From: an uncultured virus (IMG/VR IMGVR_UViG_3300033153_011590)
Taxonomy: Duplodnaviria; Heunggongvirae; Uroviricota; Caudoviricetes
Strand: one strand, 5' to 3'
IMG/VR virus record: IMGVR_UViG_3300033153_011590
Location: 52,183-72,182 of that record
DNA: 20,000 bases
Part shown: positions 1 through 8,860 of the stretch, piece by piece
Position numbering within the stretch: the stretch's first letter is position 1
Layout: each line of letters opens with the position of its first letter
Program-made: the position numbers and the translations under genes
Notes under the pieces: generated by a model
Told to the model about the DNA's origin: nothing
Seen by the model: only the letters and a program-made list of their open reading frames with translations
Database searches by the model: none

Positions 1-3000
1 GTATGAACTTCCAATAATCCTTTATATCCAAAGGTAGCAGGTTCTCTTAATCCTACATTAATATCACTTTCAATCCACATGCCATGTCCATGATACATCA
101 TATTGAGAAAAGTATCATCTCTGTAAACTGCTGTAGATGTTGCTGTATCATAAATGATATTTAAAAATTCAGGATTAGCCATTTCATTAGAAAATGTATT
201 TATTGCCGCTATAATAATTCCTGTTGTAGCTCCTAAAGCTAAAGCACCCATAGCAAGAGTTACAGCAAGTGCCATTAACGGAGTTGCAGTACCCCAACTA
301 AGAATAGATACAATTACTGCTACGGCTATAACAATCACAAGAAGTAGAGCTTTAACAATAAATTCCCATATTCTTACTTTTGTAAATGACCCTTGATGTA
401 AAGTATTTGTAAGATAAAAGTGAGAAATAAATGTATCTCCACCAAAGTTTACATGAAGATAAATATCCGGACTATATTCAGTAGCTGAACGTAATCCTGT
501 ATTGTTATGACATTGATAATAAGTGATATTATCAAGAATAGGATGTATATCTACTTCTATCATCATTGCTACATAATGAAGACTTAATCTTGCTCCAGTT
601 CCTCTACTTCCTCCTAAGAGGTCATCAGGAAACTGAATTCCTCCTGCTCTTTGAGATTTAGAAATTTTTGCTACTCCTACAGGATTATCCTGAGATGCAT
701 TCCATAGTGTTCTCACACTAGCAGCATCTTCATTAGGAGAAATATTTATTAATGCTTTATGGTCTGCCATAATAAGGTAGTTCATATCTTCTACCTTATG
801 ATTTTGTTCTATTTCAAGAGGATTTAGTGTAGAACTATATCTTACCCATCTTGAAAAGCCTTCCCAATCATAACCATCTTTGTCAAAAATACCACTATCA
901 TCATCATTTACATTTTGTATTACGCCTGTACCAAAAGGTGTAGGTGTAAAATCAGGTTCAAAACGATTCTCCCATTTTAAATATTGAGGATTTACATTTT
1001 TATTAAGAAACAAGTTTTCAGGTGCAAGAATAAACTTGTTATTTATGTTATTTACTACAGTAGATGTACCAGTACCTGCTGATGGTAGTGTACTGAAGTC
1101 GCCAAAACTATGAAATGTTAAATAATGCTCATTCATTCTTGTATTGCCACTGAATGCCTTTGCAAGTACTGTTCTGTTAAAATCATCTCTTTCGGCTCTT
1201 ACAATTCTGAAATCTTTAACTCCATCTGGAAATGTAATATTCTTAAAATTTATTCCAAGTTGTGTTAGATAGTTGTATTCTACGTTAGTTGCAAACGGAT
1301 ATGCTGTCTGAATGAAAGAATTTAAAGTGGTATCCAAGTAACCTGCCGGAGTTTCCCAACCATTGTCCACAGGAAGATTATTTTGTCTTATACCATTATA
1401 TTTTATAGTAATAGATGCACCATCTTCAGCAGCAGAAACAGTACTTATAATATCTATTGCACTTAAATCGTTTAAAAGTTTTACGCTTGATAAATCTACT
1501 CTTCCATTCAGTGTAATTGAATATCCTAATGTTCCTGACTCACCACAAAGAAATTGTCCTGTAATAGGAGTTCCAGTAGTACCATATAAAGGGATAACAA
1601 GACTATCATCAAGTTCTATATCATATATTATTTGGTATGTAACAAGTTGGTCATAAGGGTCAGGTGGTGAGCCAGCACAAGGAGGAGCAATACCATTTCT
1701 ACTTACAGTTAAAGTAATAGTACTTGTATATGTTGGACTTCCGGGATACGATGATATATCATCATATGCATGAGGTATAGTATTTCTGTTAGGAAACTTA
1801 TGATGTCTGATAGGTACACCTACTTTTGTTACAATATCAATGAATGGTTCTCCTGACCAACTATATCCATCAACTCCCCAATAGTCTTCTCCTCCTGCTG
1901 CACAATTGCTTCTATATAGATAGTTTCCTGCTTGCATTTCCCAAAATGCCATCCATCCTACAACAGTACTAATGATAGGAAAACTTTGTGTAGTAGAAGT
2001 ATCATATACTCTCCAATATTGAATATCAGTATCAGGGACAGTTAATGGGTCACCAACAGTATAAACATTTTGTACAAATGGTTTTAAGTCATCAATATAG
2101 TTTGTAAATACTTCTGTGTCATCTTCTGCTCTTCCATTTAGTGTTTCACCAGTAGTTCCTGCTGGCCTGCCGGGAATATGATAAACTGGCGATTCTGTTC
2201 CATCTTCAAAAATATAGATTATACCAAAAGCATAGACTTCACCACCCATATAACCTATTCTTTCAAAGTAACTTGCTGGATTCTTTGAATCACCAAGAGA
2301 TTTATAGTCATATTTAGCAACAGTATTAGTAATATATTCTGTTGTAATTAATGATGCAAATTTTTGATAAGAACAATAATCTCTTTGTATACCTTGAGTA
2401 TTAGCTAACAGTAATCTTTCTTCTGATTGTTCAAGATGGTCTGCAGTTCCAATTTCAGGAGATGTCAACAAAATTGTTTCTACTGGTACTTCAAAGAATT
2501 TGGATTCATTACCGTCAGCAATAAATAGCGTTTGATTTGTAGGCATTCTTTCTGATACCAATGCTCTTATAGGCAATCCTGTACCTGATGTAGCTTCTAT
2601 TACTGCAATACGATAGAAATCATAAGCTGTTGATAGATTGCCAAATACAATTTCAATTTTTTTATTTGAAGGTGAACTACCAAAAGCTGCATCTGTAACA
2701 GTAGTAGGGTCATTAATACCATTACTTGAACCAAATACTGTATCATAGTTTCCACTTGTTAATCCTACATAAATAGGAATAACCATTGATGTTGTAAGCC
2801 AAGCAGTCTCATTCAGATTCTCATCCATATACTGTATGGCAAAGTTGTAAGTACCTGAAGCAAGTGTACCACCTGTTTTAACTTCTGCTGATACAAATAT
2901 GGGATATTCTTCAACTGTTTTTATGAGTTTTAACTTTGTCAGTCCTGCATCAGTAAGATTATGGTCTCCCGGCCCTAGTGTATATTCTCCTTGTAATCCT

Positions 3001-3476
3001 TCAGCAAAGTTGTAAGTCTTCACACTATTAAGTCCGTCTACCCAATAGATAGTTTTCTCACAACCGTTACGTACTCGGTATTCTCCTGTGATAGAATAAT
3101 CGGCATTGAAGTTTAACCGGGTATTAAGAACATCAACTAAAAGTTGTTGAAGTTCACCATAACCATTAAGGAAATAGAGGGCACTTGTTCTTACACCAGA
3201 AGTTTGGTCTTCTACATATACAAATATTATATGCTCATTATCACCAATATAGATTGAACCTACTTGAACAACATTACTTCCAGTATATGAAGTAAGTTCT
3301 GCAAATATCTGAGTAGACTCTTCAGTGCTAAGCTGATACTTGTTTCCTTCCCTTGTCTGATTCATTGCATTCAGAGCAAAACGGTAAGTTCCTTCAGGTT
3401 GCTCAAGTGGACTTACATCCAAGAACAATCCTTTATATAACTTATGTGGTGTCTGATGTATGTTGTCTTGAGCCAT
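1..3476 (-). CDS. crAss-like muzzle / tail stabilisation protein (phiCrAss001 gp44-like), 3'-truncated by the window edge, >1158 aa
   Basis: Absent from the ORF track, consistent with no stop inside the window. Segments translated by hand from the ATG at 3476: MAQDNIHQTPHKLYKGLFLDVSPLEQPEGTYRFALNA...IYWVDGLN...GGTLASGTYNFAIQYMDE...ERLLLAN...GYMGGEVYAFGIIYIFEDGTESPVYHIPGR...PIRHHKFPNR...FGGDTFIS...WIESDINVGLR. All are in one frame and match recalled motifs of this family. It follows a ring gene and overlaps it by 35 nt. Confidence 0.85.
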   Translation of the reverse strand, partial: MAQDNIHQTPHKLYKGLFLDVSPLEQPEGTYRFALNAMNQTREGNKYQLSTEESTQIFAELTSYTGSNVVQVGSIYIGDNEHIIFVYVEDQTSGVRTSALYFLNGYGELQQLLVDVLNTRLNFNADYSITGEYRVRNGCEKTIYWVDGLNSVKTYNFAEGLQGEYTLGPGDHNLTDAGLTKLKLIKTVEEYPIFVSAEVKTGGTLASGTYNFAIQYMDENLNETAWLTTSMVIPIYVGLTSGNYDTVFGSSNGINDPTTVTDAAFGSSPSNKKIEIVFGNLSTAYDFYRIAVIEATSGTGLPIRALVSERMPTNQTLFIADGNESKFFEVPVETILLTSPEIGTADHLEQSEERLLLANTQGIQRDYCSYQKFASLITTEYITNTVAKYDYKSLGDSKNPASYFERIGYMGGEVYAFGIIYIFEDGTESPVYHIPGRPAGTTGETLNGRAEDDTEVFTNYIDDLKPFVQNVYTVGDPLTVPDTDIQYWRVYDTSTTQSFPIISTVVGWMAFWEMQAGNYLYRSNCAAGGEDYWGVDGYSWSGEPFIDIVTKVGVPIRHHKFPNRNTIPHAYDDISSYPGSPTYTSTITLTVSRNGIAPPCAGSPPDPYDQLVTYQIIYDIELDDSLVIPLYGTTGTPITGQFLCGESGTLGYSITLNGRVDLSSVKLLNDLSAIDIISTVSAAEDGASITIKYNGIRQNNLPVDNGWETPAGYLDTTLNSFIQTAYPFATNVEYNYLTQLGINFKNITFPDGVKDFRIVRAERDDFNRTVLAKAFSGNTRMNEHYLTFHSFGDFSTLPSAGTGTSTVVNNINNKFILAPENLFLNKNVNPQYLKWENRFEPDFTPTPFGTGVIQNVNDDDSGIFDKDGYDWEGFSRWVRYSSTLNPLEIEQNHKVEDMNYLIMADHKALINISPNEDAASVRTLWNASQDNPVGVAKISKSQRAGGIQFPDDLLGGSRGTGARLSLHYVAMMIEVDIHPILDNITYYQCHNNTGLRSATEYSPDIYLHVNFGGDTFISHFYLTNTLHQGSFTKVRIWEFIVKALLLVIVIAVAVIVSILSWGTATPLMALAVTLAMGALALGATTGIIIAAINTFSNEMANPEFLNIIYDTATSTAVYRDDTFLNMMYHGHGMWIESDINVGLREPATFGYKGLLEVH

Positions 3477-4440
3477 AATAAGCGTTGTTTCTGCGTTCAG
3501 TATGCAAGATATTCTTAATTTCTTTGTTATTCAGATTGCCAAAGTAATTCTGATAAACATTCCTGCGTGGTATAATATAATTTCTCTGATTCTTGATATT
3601 TTCCAACTCATCAACTCCTTGAGGAATAAGAGATTTGTTACTAGCTTGTTTTACATACCAATTCCAATCTTTGTTTGCCTCATTGAGTTTACCTCTTGCA
3701 CCATCTCGTCCTGTATATAATTCTCTTTTCATCTGACGCATTATGATATAAGATACAATTGCAGTAGTAAAAGAAATGTTATCAGGTATCATTGGAAGAC
3801 CATTCTCATCCTGCATATTTCTGTTATAAGCAAGAGCTATAAGTCCTTTTTCAAAATTAAACCTTAGTACCTTACCTGCAATTACAGTATATTCAGGTGT
3901 CTTTGTATGATATATACCAGTTACATCTCCACTTATATCAGTAGCCCCACAATCAGTACCATCCTGAGAACAAACCAGCGAATTGAAAAAAACATGATTA
4001 CTTAACCTGACCGGTATGTAACATCTTTGATATGCTGTTGTACCTCTCCAACCATAATATTCATACTGTAGGTCAAAGTAAGGTCTGTAGTATGCTACAT
4101 CATAATCATCATATGGCATTCCGCAAGAATCAATACAAACAGGATAATCTATTTCTGGTTCAAGAACTTCGTCTTCTTCTTCATCAACAACTGCTTCTGT
4201 TTCAGGGTCTTCTACCATTGTATTCAAAGCAATTTGAATTATATTGTGGAGGTTTGTTGGAATCTCTGTCTGATAATTCTTTACTTTGAGAAAAGCAACA
4301 GCTTCCTCTTTGGCCCTGATAGCATTGATAAATTCAAGTGCTTCACCTGTCCACTCAATAATATCAACTTCATCAACTTCACTACCGGGCAAATCCCTTA
4401 GAACCTTAGTAAAGATTCTATCCATAGTTGTAAATTGCAT
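3442..4440 (-). CDS. Tail ring / tubular protein (crAss R1, gp43-like; P22 gp4-like family)
   Basis: 332 aa. Motifs DIIEWTGEALEFI, LRFNFEKGLIALAY..DENGLPMIPD..AIVSYI and WNWYVKQA. Lies immediately before the muzzle gene. Confidence 0.75.
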   Translation of the reverse strand: MQFTTMDRIFTKVLRDLPGSEVDEVDIIEWTGEALEFINAIRAKEEAVAFLKVKNYQTEIPTNLHNIIQIALNTMVEDPETEAVVDEEEDEVLEPEIDYPVCIDSCGMPYDDYDVAYYRPYFDLQYEYYGWRGTTAYQRCYIPVRLSNHVFFNSLVCSQDGTDCGATDISGDVTGIYHTKTPEYTVIAGKVLRFNFEKGLIALAYNRNMQDENGLPMIPDNISFTTAIVSYIIMRQMKRELYTGRDGARGKLNEANKDWNWYVKQASNKSLIPQGVDELENIKNQRNYIIPRRNVYQNYFGNLNNKEIKNILHTERRNNAYYGSRQHTSDTT

Positions 4441-4442
4441 AG

Positions 4443-4649
4443 TTAGTCCTCCATATCAAAACTCTCAGCCAAAGGTATTTCTACATCTTCGAGAGGATTG
4501 GTTTTTGAAAAAAATTCTTTATCTTCACTATGATAATCTCCGTCTTTGTCTTCCCAAGACTTATACCTAGTAATAAGATATCCATTTTCAATCTTCCTTA
4601 CGGTAACAGATTTTCTTATATTGCCGGATACTGTTTCTATCTTGTCCAT
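4443..4649 (-). CDS. Small hypothetical phage protein
   Basis: 68 aa filling the gap between the IHF-like and ring genes, with 2-3 nt spacers. Contains VRKIENGYLI and an acidic tail. Confidence 0.7.
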   Translation of the reverse strand: MDKIETVSGNIRKSVTVRKIENGYLITRYKSWEDKDGDYHSEDKEFFSKTNPLEDVEIPLAESFDMED

Positions 4650-4652
4650 AAT

Positions 4653-5132
4653 TTAATCGTTTAGTATTATGTATTCTTTTCCTTCATTGACATTCTTTGA
4701 AACACCTCTTTTAACAGGTCTTATAGCTTTGAATGTCAGAACACTCTTGAATATCAATGGAATCTTGGTTTTTGTCCATTTGATTTTGTATCGTACTCCT
4801 TTAGAATGTTCGTTAAAAAAGTAAATTATTTTCTTTTCTTTCTTCGCTTCAGGATTTCTGTTCCACAATTCTATTGTACTCTTCCAATCTGGTGCTAATC
4901 CTTTAATCTTATTACCTTCAACTCTTATATTCTGTTTACGTCCTTGTACTTCGAGCCTACCCATTGCGACAGGTAATATTATCTCCTCTCCGTTTAATAG
5001 CTTTTGGCCTATGAAATTCATAAAACCTTCCGTTATGGCGAGATATTCCTTTTTTGTAACGTCTATGAGGCAATCCTCGTAACTCGTTATCAACGATAGC
5101 AGTTCTTTTCTTCTTTTGTAGTATCCCGGCAT
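4653..5132 (-). CDS. crAss-type IHF/HU-like DNA-binding protein
   Basis: 159 aa, basic. LLNGEEIILPVAMGRLEV resembles the HU/IHF beta-arm, followed by PDWKST..LW, FNEHSKG.RY...W and F...R..KR. Sits between ring genes as in crassviruses. Confidence 0.75.
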   Translation of the reverse strand: MPGYYKRRKELLSLITSYEDCLIDVTKKEYLAITEGFMNFIGQKLLNGEEIILPVAMGRLEVQGRKQNIRVEGNKIKGLAPDWKSTIELWNRNPEAKKEKKIIYFFNEHSKGVRYKIKWTKTKIPLIFKSVLTFKAIRPVKRGVSKNVNEGKEYIILND

Positions 5133-5812
5133 TATCGTGTTCCTTGTAATAGGCTATCTTTACTATCATTTGTAATATCTTCTGTCATTTGAATAAAGTC
5201 TTTCACAAGCTCATCATGAGCTACTCTTACAATACCTTCAATCATTTCTTCCGGTGTAAAAAACTCTACATCATTATTATCAAAACAAGTACTCTTTTCT
5301 TGATTAGCCAAATGCATTCTCCAAACTTCAATTGGGTCACGCCAAATTGCGTGCATGTGAGCCTTTCCCATTCTACTATTTATAAGATAAAGATAGTTGT
5401 CGTGAATAAAATAGAATGGTTTTTTATATCCATACTTGTTTCCCGTCAGATACTTGTAAGTCTCAAAACTTGTTCTGCTGAAAGTAACTAGTCCATCAAA
5501 GCTCATAACTGCTACATTTTCAGTATCGTTATTAGTGAGGGCTGAAGGAATAGGACTTGCACTCTTCATAAATGGACATTTGTAACTTGCTCCACAAGGA
5601 ATAGCTTTCTGCTCAATCATAGAAATACAATGTAAAGGTTGTAAATCCCATTCACTGAAAGGTCTTCCTTGATTCAATCTCTGTATTGTATGTGTAGCTC
5701 TGACCGTAAGCAATTTATTATAAATATGCCTTCGGCTGAGTCTTGTCTCATCTGTGTCTGCACCTTTAGAGTACAAACTCGATACACGCTGTATTACGTC
5801 TCCAATCTTCAT
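5132..5812 (-). CDS. Tail ring protein (crAss R2, gp40-like)
   Basis: 226 aa. Motifs LSRRHIYNKL...RA, GNKY...KPFYFIHDNYLY, AIWRDP and a C-terminal EDITNDSKD. Coupled to the IHF-like gene by TAATG. Confidence 0.7.
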   Translation of the reverse strand: MKIGDVIQRVSSLYSKGADTDETRLSRRHIYNKLLTVRATHTIQRLNQGRPFSEWDLQPLHCISMIEQKAIPCGASYKCPFMKSASPIPSALTNNDTENVAVMSFDGLVTFSRTSFETYKYLTGNKYGYKKPFYFIHDNYLYLINSRMGKAHMHAIWRDPIEVWRMHLANQEKSTCFDNNDVEFFTPEEMIEGIVRVAHDELVKDFIQMTEDITNDSKDSLLQGTR

Positions 5813-6530
5813 TAAAATAAGTTTTTAGCATTTTTCCGAAATCTTTTGTTCCATAAATAACATAGCTACTATCAGACTGTAACCATACAATTTGCCTCGA
5901 TTCAACTTCAAATCCAGCCTCTTCCAGCAACATATGATATAGTGATAGTTGTATTTGATAATGGTTGTAGTACATATCAAGCATATAATGGAAAGGTGGT
6001 AACATCATCTTTTCTTTATAATTCTTGAAAATGTTCTTATTTGTTTTATAATCTGCAAGTATATACTTCTGAGTAATAGAGTTATACAACAGTATGTCAC
6101 AAGTTCCTGCGAACCCATAGTTTTTTGAATACATTTGAAGTTCAAAGCCTGCGGGTGTGATATGATTTGGCATATCATTCCAATATTTAATTACAGCTAT
6201 TTTTTGTGGAGTATCTGCAATATGTTCAGATAAATCTGAACCTTCTACGAATCTTGCATAAGCATATTTCTCAGCGAAGAGGTGTGTCTCGTTCCCTAAG
6301 TTGATTGCCTTCTTGTTGATGTCATCCCATCCTTGAATTACTTCTTCTTTTGTCTTTCCATCTCTGTTTGCCACTGCTTGTGCAATTCCTTGAGTATCAA
6401 ATTCATCCACGAATCCGTGAACTACATTTGATGCTGCGATTAGTCGTTTTCCATTTACAGTATATTCATGCGTAGGTTCATCAAATTTTAGGTCAGTGTA
6501 TTTATTTTTTATTTCTTTAGATGTCATCAT
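5766..6530 (-). CDS. PD-(D/E)XK nuclease (RecB / lambda-exonuclease-like superfamily)
   Basis: Motifs FDEPTHEY, GNETHLFAE, E..(AGTCDIL)..(LADYKTN) and YQIQLSLY. The start is more likely the ATG at 6530 or 6527 than the TTG at 6554. Overlaps the downstream gene by 47 nt. Confidence 0.85.
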   Translation of the reverse strand: MMTSKEIKNKYTDLKFDEPTHEYTVNGKRLIAASNVVHGFVDEFDTQGIAQAVANRDGKTKEEVIQGWDDINKKAINLGNETHLFAEKYAYARFVEGSDLSEHIADTPQKIAVIKYWNDMPNHITPAGFELQMYSKNYGFAGTCDILLYNSITQKYILADYKTNKNIFKNYKEKMMLPPFHYMLDMYYNHYQIQLSLYHMLLEEAGFEVESRQIVWLQSDSSYVIYGTKDFGKMLKTYFNEDWRRNTACIEFVL

Positions 6531-6534
6531 CTTA

Positions 6535-6542
6535 CAAATATA
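6535..6542 (-). promoter_or_regulatory. Putative Bacteroidota sigma-A -7 element (TAnnTTTG)
   Basis: The minus strand reads TATATTTG 4 nt upstream of the nuclease ATG, inside one of the few real intergenic gaps. There is no TTTG -33 element at canonical spacing. Confidence 0.4.
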
Positions 6543-6552
6543 CTCACAAAGC

Positions 6553-6585
6553 AAAGAAAATCCTTAATAATTATTAATTTTCTTT
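6553..6585. repeat. AT-rich inverted repeat (possible operator or weak terminator)
   Basis: aaagaaaa-tcc-TTAATAATTATTAA-ttttcttt: a perfect 14-bp palindrome flanked by complementary 8-nt arms with a 3-nt bulge. Confidence 0.45.
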
Positions 6586-6586
6586 T

Positions 6587-7147
6587 TTACGGAGGAGTCA
6601 TAAGAGCACTAGAAGCAAATATTACAGTTCTGTAACTAGCAACAATAGGAGTCTCAATAACAATCCTAACTGTTGAAGCACTCTCGATTCCTATGTTTAA
6701 ATTACCAACATAATTGGCAACTCCCGGTGTTAATAGTATATCAGCACTTGTAAAATCACCATTGGTTTGATTTAGTATCCAAACCTGAACTCCTACTTCT
6801 CTAGTATCTAAATCATGAGTAACTACAAATTGAGTATCAGCTACACTAGCAATATAATGTTCATCATTATACATGATAGTACCTCTTTTTCTTACTTTCA
6901 ACCATCTTCCGGGTAGTGTATCATTATCAATACTGTTAGGTCTTACGACATAATCATCATCACTTGTTGCATGAGAATCTACATCATAATAGTATTCTCT
7001 AGCATCACCATCATTTGCAGCCCAACTACCTAACAAGACTGCATAATCATAGTAAGTTTCCTTGCCTGTAATATCCTTCAGGTCACTAACATTTCTTACA
7101 CCAAATCTGTTACCGAGTCTTTTTATTCTTTCTGAAAAAATTGACAT
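6587..7147 (-). CDS. Putative fibre/spike-associated structural protein
   Basis: 186 aa. LGSWAANDGDAREYYYD...DDDYVVRP...GRWLKV resembles tailspike N-proximal domains (GyyaagDGggg..GRW). VVTHDLDTREVGVQVW resembles the HNL-type beta module seen in fibres. Confidence 0.55.
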   Translation of the reverse strand: MSIFSERIKRLGNRFGVRNVSDLKDITGKETYYDYAVLLGSWAANDGDAREYYYDVDSHATSDDDYVVRPNSIDNDTLPGRWLKVRKRGTIMYNDEHYIASVADTQFVVTHDLDTREVGVQVWILNQTNGDFTSADILLTPGVANYVGNLNIGIESASTVRIVIETPIVASYRTVIFASSALMTPP

Positions 7148-7154
7148 AACTTTA

Positions 7155-7850
7155 TTATTTTAAAATTAATACTGCAGTTCCACCAATCACTATACCAACA
7201 AAGATAGCACCTATTGTTCTTTTTGTGCCTCTTTTCTTGAAGAAACCTATTTGCTTATCTTTTTCCACAATGATATCTTTATTCAATTCAATTCTTACAT
7301 CTTGTTTTATTACTACCACACTTAAGGTATCATTTGCTGCTTGTAGTTCATCAATAGCAAGTTCATAGTTTTCAGCATTCTCAAGTAATACTACTCTTTC
7401 TTGAGTATAAGCATCGTGACTTACAAATGTTAAGTTGCTCTTCTTGAGTTGTTCTTTACTAATAATTACTACCTTCTTTCCCTCTATTTTTGCCAGTTTA
7501 GGTAGAGTATCACGAATACCAAGATATTCATTAAAGAACTCCATATCTTCACAAACATCATTCTCTTTTATAATTTGAATCTGCTGTTTATAGATAGTAT
7601 GGATTTCAATGATTTCCTTCTTTCCATCCTCAATTACCTCTTCAAGACTATCAACCTTTGCTAGTATTATTGGTACAGATTTTCGATACTCAATAACTTC
7701 TTTCAGAAGAGCTTCATCCTGAATCTCTAGGGTAGTTACAACTACTTGAGATTCTCCAATTTTGTCCATTATATTACCACGAAAGAATATCATTAATATG
7801 ATAACTATAGCAAGTATTGCTATTACTATATAAGATATTTTTGTTTTCAT
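7155..7850 (-). CDS. Spanin-like membrane-anchored coiled-coil protein
   Basis: 231 aa with an N-terminal TM (YIVIAILAIVIILMIFF), a long helical/coiled-coil body and a C-terminal TM (IGAIFVGIVIGGTAVLIL). ATGA overlap with the endolysin gene. Confidence 0.55.
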   Translation of the reverse strand: MKTKISYIVIAILAIVIILMIFFRGNIMDKIGESQVVVTTLEIQDEALLKEVIEYRKSVPIILAKVDSLEEVIEDGKKEIIEIHTIYKQQIQIIKENDVCEDMEFFNEYLGIRDTLPKLAKIEGKKVVIISKEQLKKSNLTFVSHDAYTQERVVLLENAENYELAIDELQAANDTLSVVVIKQDVRIELNKDIIVEKDKQIGFFKKRGTKRTIGAIFVGIVIGGTAVLILK

Positions 7851-8284
7851 TTTGGTATTGGTATTTCGTAAATTACAGTACTGTTAGTCCACCTGAAATC
7901 AATATGAGTCCAAGTAGGTGTATCAAGCTCATAACCAGAAACTTCAAACTTTTCATTAAGAAACTTGAAGTTATCCTTTATAAGCTTGCGAATTCTATCA
8001 GGATGCCAACCTTTAACTTTGACATCAATAGCAAGACCTCTTTTGTGAGAAGATTCTTTTGCTCCTATGTCACAGTCAGGTGGTCTATAGCCTGAATATT
8101 GATATGGGCCACCCCATTTCCAATCATTGATTGTAACTGAAGCATCTCCACATCTGTCTTTTAACCATTGGGAGAAAAGGACAACCTTCATGTTTATAAA
8201 CCATGTTGACCGGTTACCCCATTTTCCATAAGTTATAGGAGGTACAAATTCTTCAATTACAAATGATGTTCCATGTAGTTCCAT
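7847..8284 (-). CDS. Endolysin, peptidase M15 (Hedgehog/DD-peptidase Zn fold)
   Basis: 145 aa with SGYRP, SSH..G.AID (H and D Zn ligands) and WTHID (third ligand H). Flanked by membrane-protein genes. Confidence 0.85.
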   Translation of the reverse strand: MELHGTSFVIEEFVPPITYGKWGNRSTWFINMKVVLFSQWLKDRCGDASVTINDWKWGGPYQYSGYRPPDCDIGAKESSHKRGLAIDVKVKGWHPDRIRKLIKDNFKFLNEKFEVSGYELDTPTWTHIDFRWTNSTVIYEIPIPK

Positions 8285-8529
8285 TATTCTTTATTTCCAT
8301 TTTCAATTTGCTTTCTTTCATTCTCTTGTGCTTTACCGACACCTATAAGAATAAGTACAGTTGCTGTTGTTGCACCCCATACTGCAATAAATGCAACATA
8401 TTCTCCTGATATCCAATATACTACTGCACTCATTATCATTGAGTAAATTGCGAAAAGCAATGCTATCAGTCTTTTACTTGATTTTTTTGTTGGAGTTTCA
8501 TACAAAAATCCTGTTATTCCTTCTTTCAT
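8284..8529 (-). CDS. Putative holin (2 TM)
   Basis: 81 aa. KKSSKR is followed by two hydrophobic helices and a charged tail. Coupled to the endolysin gene by TAATG. Confidence 0.65.
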   Translation of the reverse strand: MKEGITGFLYETPTKKSSKRLIALLFAIYSMIMSAVVYWISGEYVAFIAVWGATTATVLILIGVGKAQENERKQIENGNKE

Positions 8530-8539
8530 TTTTAACCTC

Positions 8540-8860
8540 CTATTTTTTATCTTCTTGTAAATGTTTAATTTCTACATCATGTTTAACAAGTTCTTGACCA
8601 TAGAACAATAATGTTACTCCCTGCGATAGATTAACATCAGAATTTAAGGCTACTTTACCATCAAGTATTTCACATTTTCCTTTGTTAAAAACAGTAGAAC
8701 TTATGAATTCAAGATTCAATTCTTGTTGTATAATATTTAGTTTTTGCTGGCCTTCAATGTAAGATTTTTGACTCCATGCAATAAAGGCAAGTAGACATCC
8801 TATAATAATACCAACAAGGTTGTCTTTAAACCAGCTTCCCGTTTTTTTTATATTCATCAT
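8540..8860 (-). CDS. Single-TM protein, holin or antiholin candidate
   Basis: 106 aa with an N-terminal TM (LVGIIIGCLLAFIAW) and then a helical domain. First gene of the lysis cluster. Confidence 0.5.
   Translation of the reverse strand: MMNIKKTGSWFKDNLVGIIIGCLLAFIAWSQKSYIEGQQKLNIIQQELNLEFISSTVFNKGKCEILDGKVALNSDVNLSQGVTLLFYGQELVKHDVEIKHLQEDKK

Noticed and set aside
1..3441. Apparent 3.4-kb region with no long ORF, which could suggest non-coding DNA or stop-codon reassignment as in some crassviruses
   Set aside because: It is one minus-strand frame running off the window edge. Elsewhere TAA, TGA (7847, 8857, 19701) and TAG (8540, 13375) all end genes at sensible boundaries, so the standard code fits.
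5766..6554. Cas4 / CRISPR association of the nuclease
   Set aside because: It lacks the four-Cys Fe-S motif, and no repeat-spacer array is visible in the window.
7484..7561. Nested 25-aa hydrophobic ORF (MMFVKIWSSLMNILVFVILYLNWQK) inside the spanin-like gene as a possible o-spanin
   Set aside because: It has no Cys or lipobox and is too short. Hydrophobic off-frame peptides are common in this sequence.
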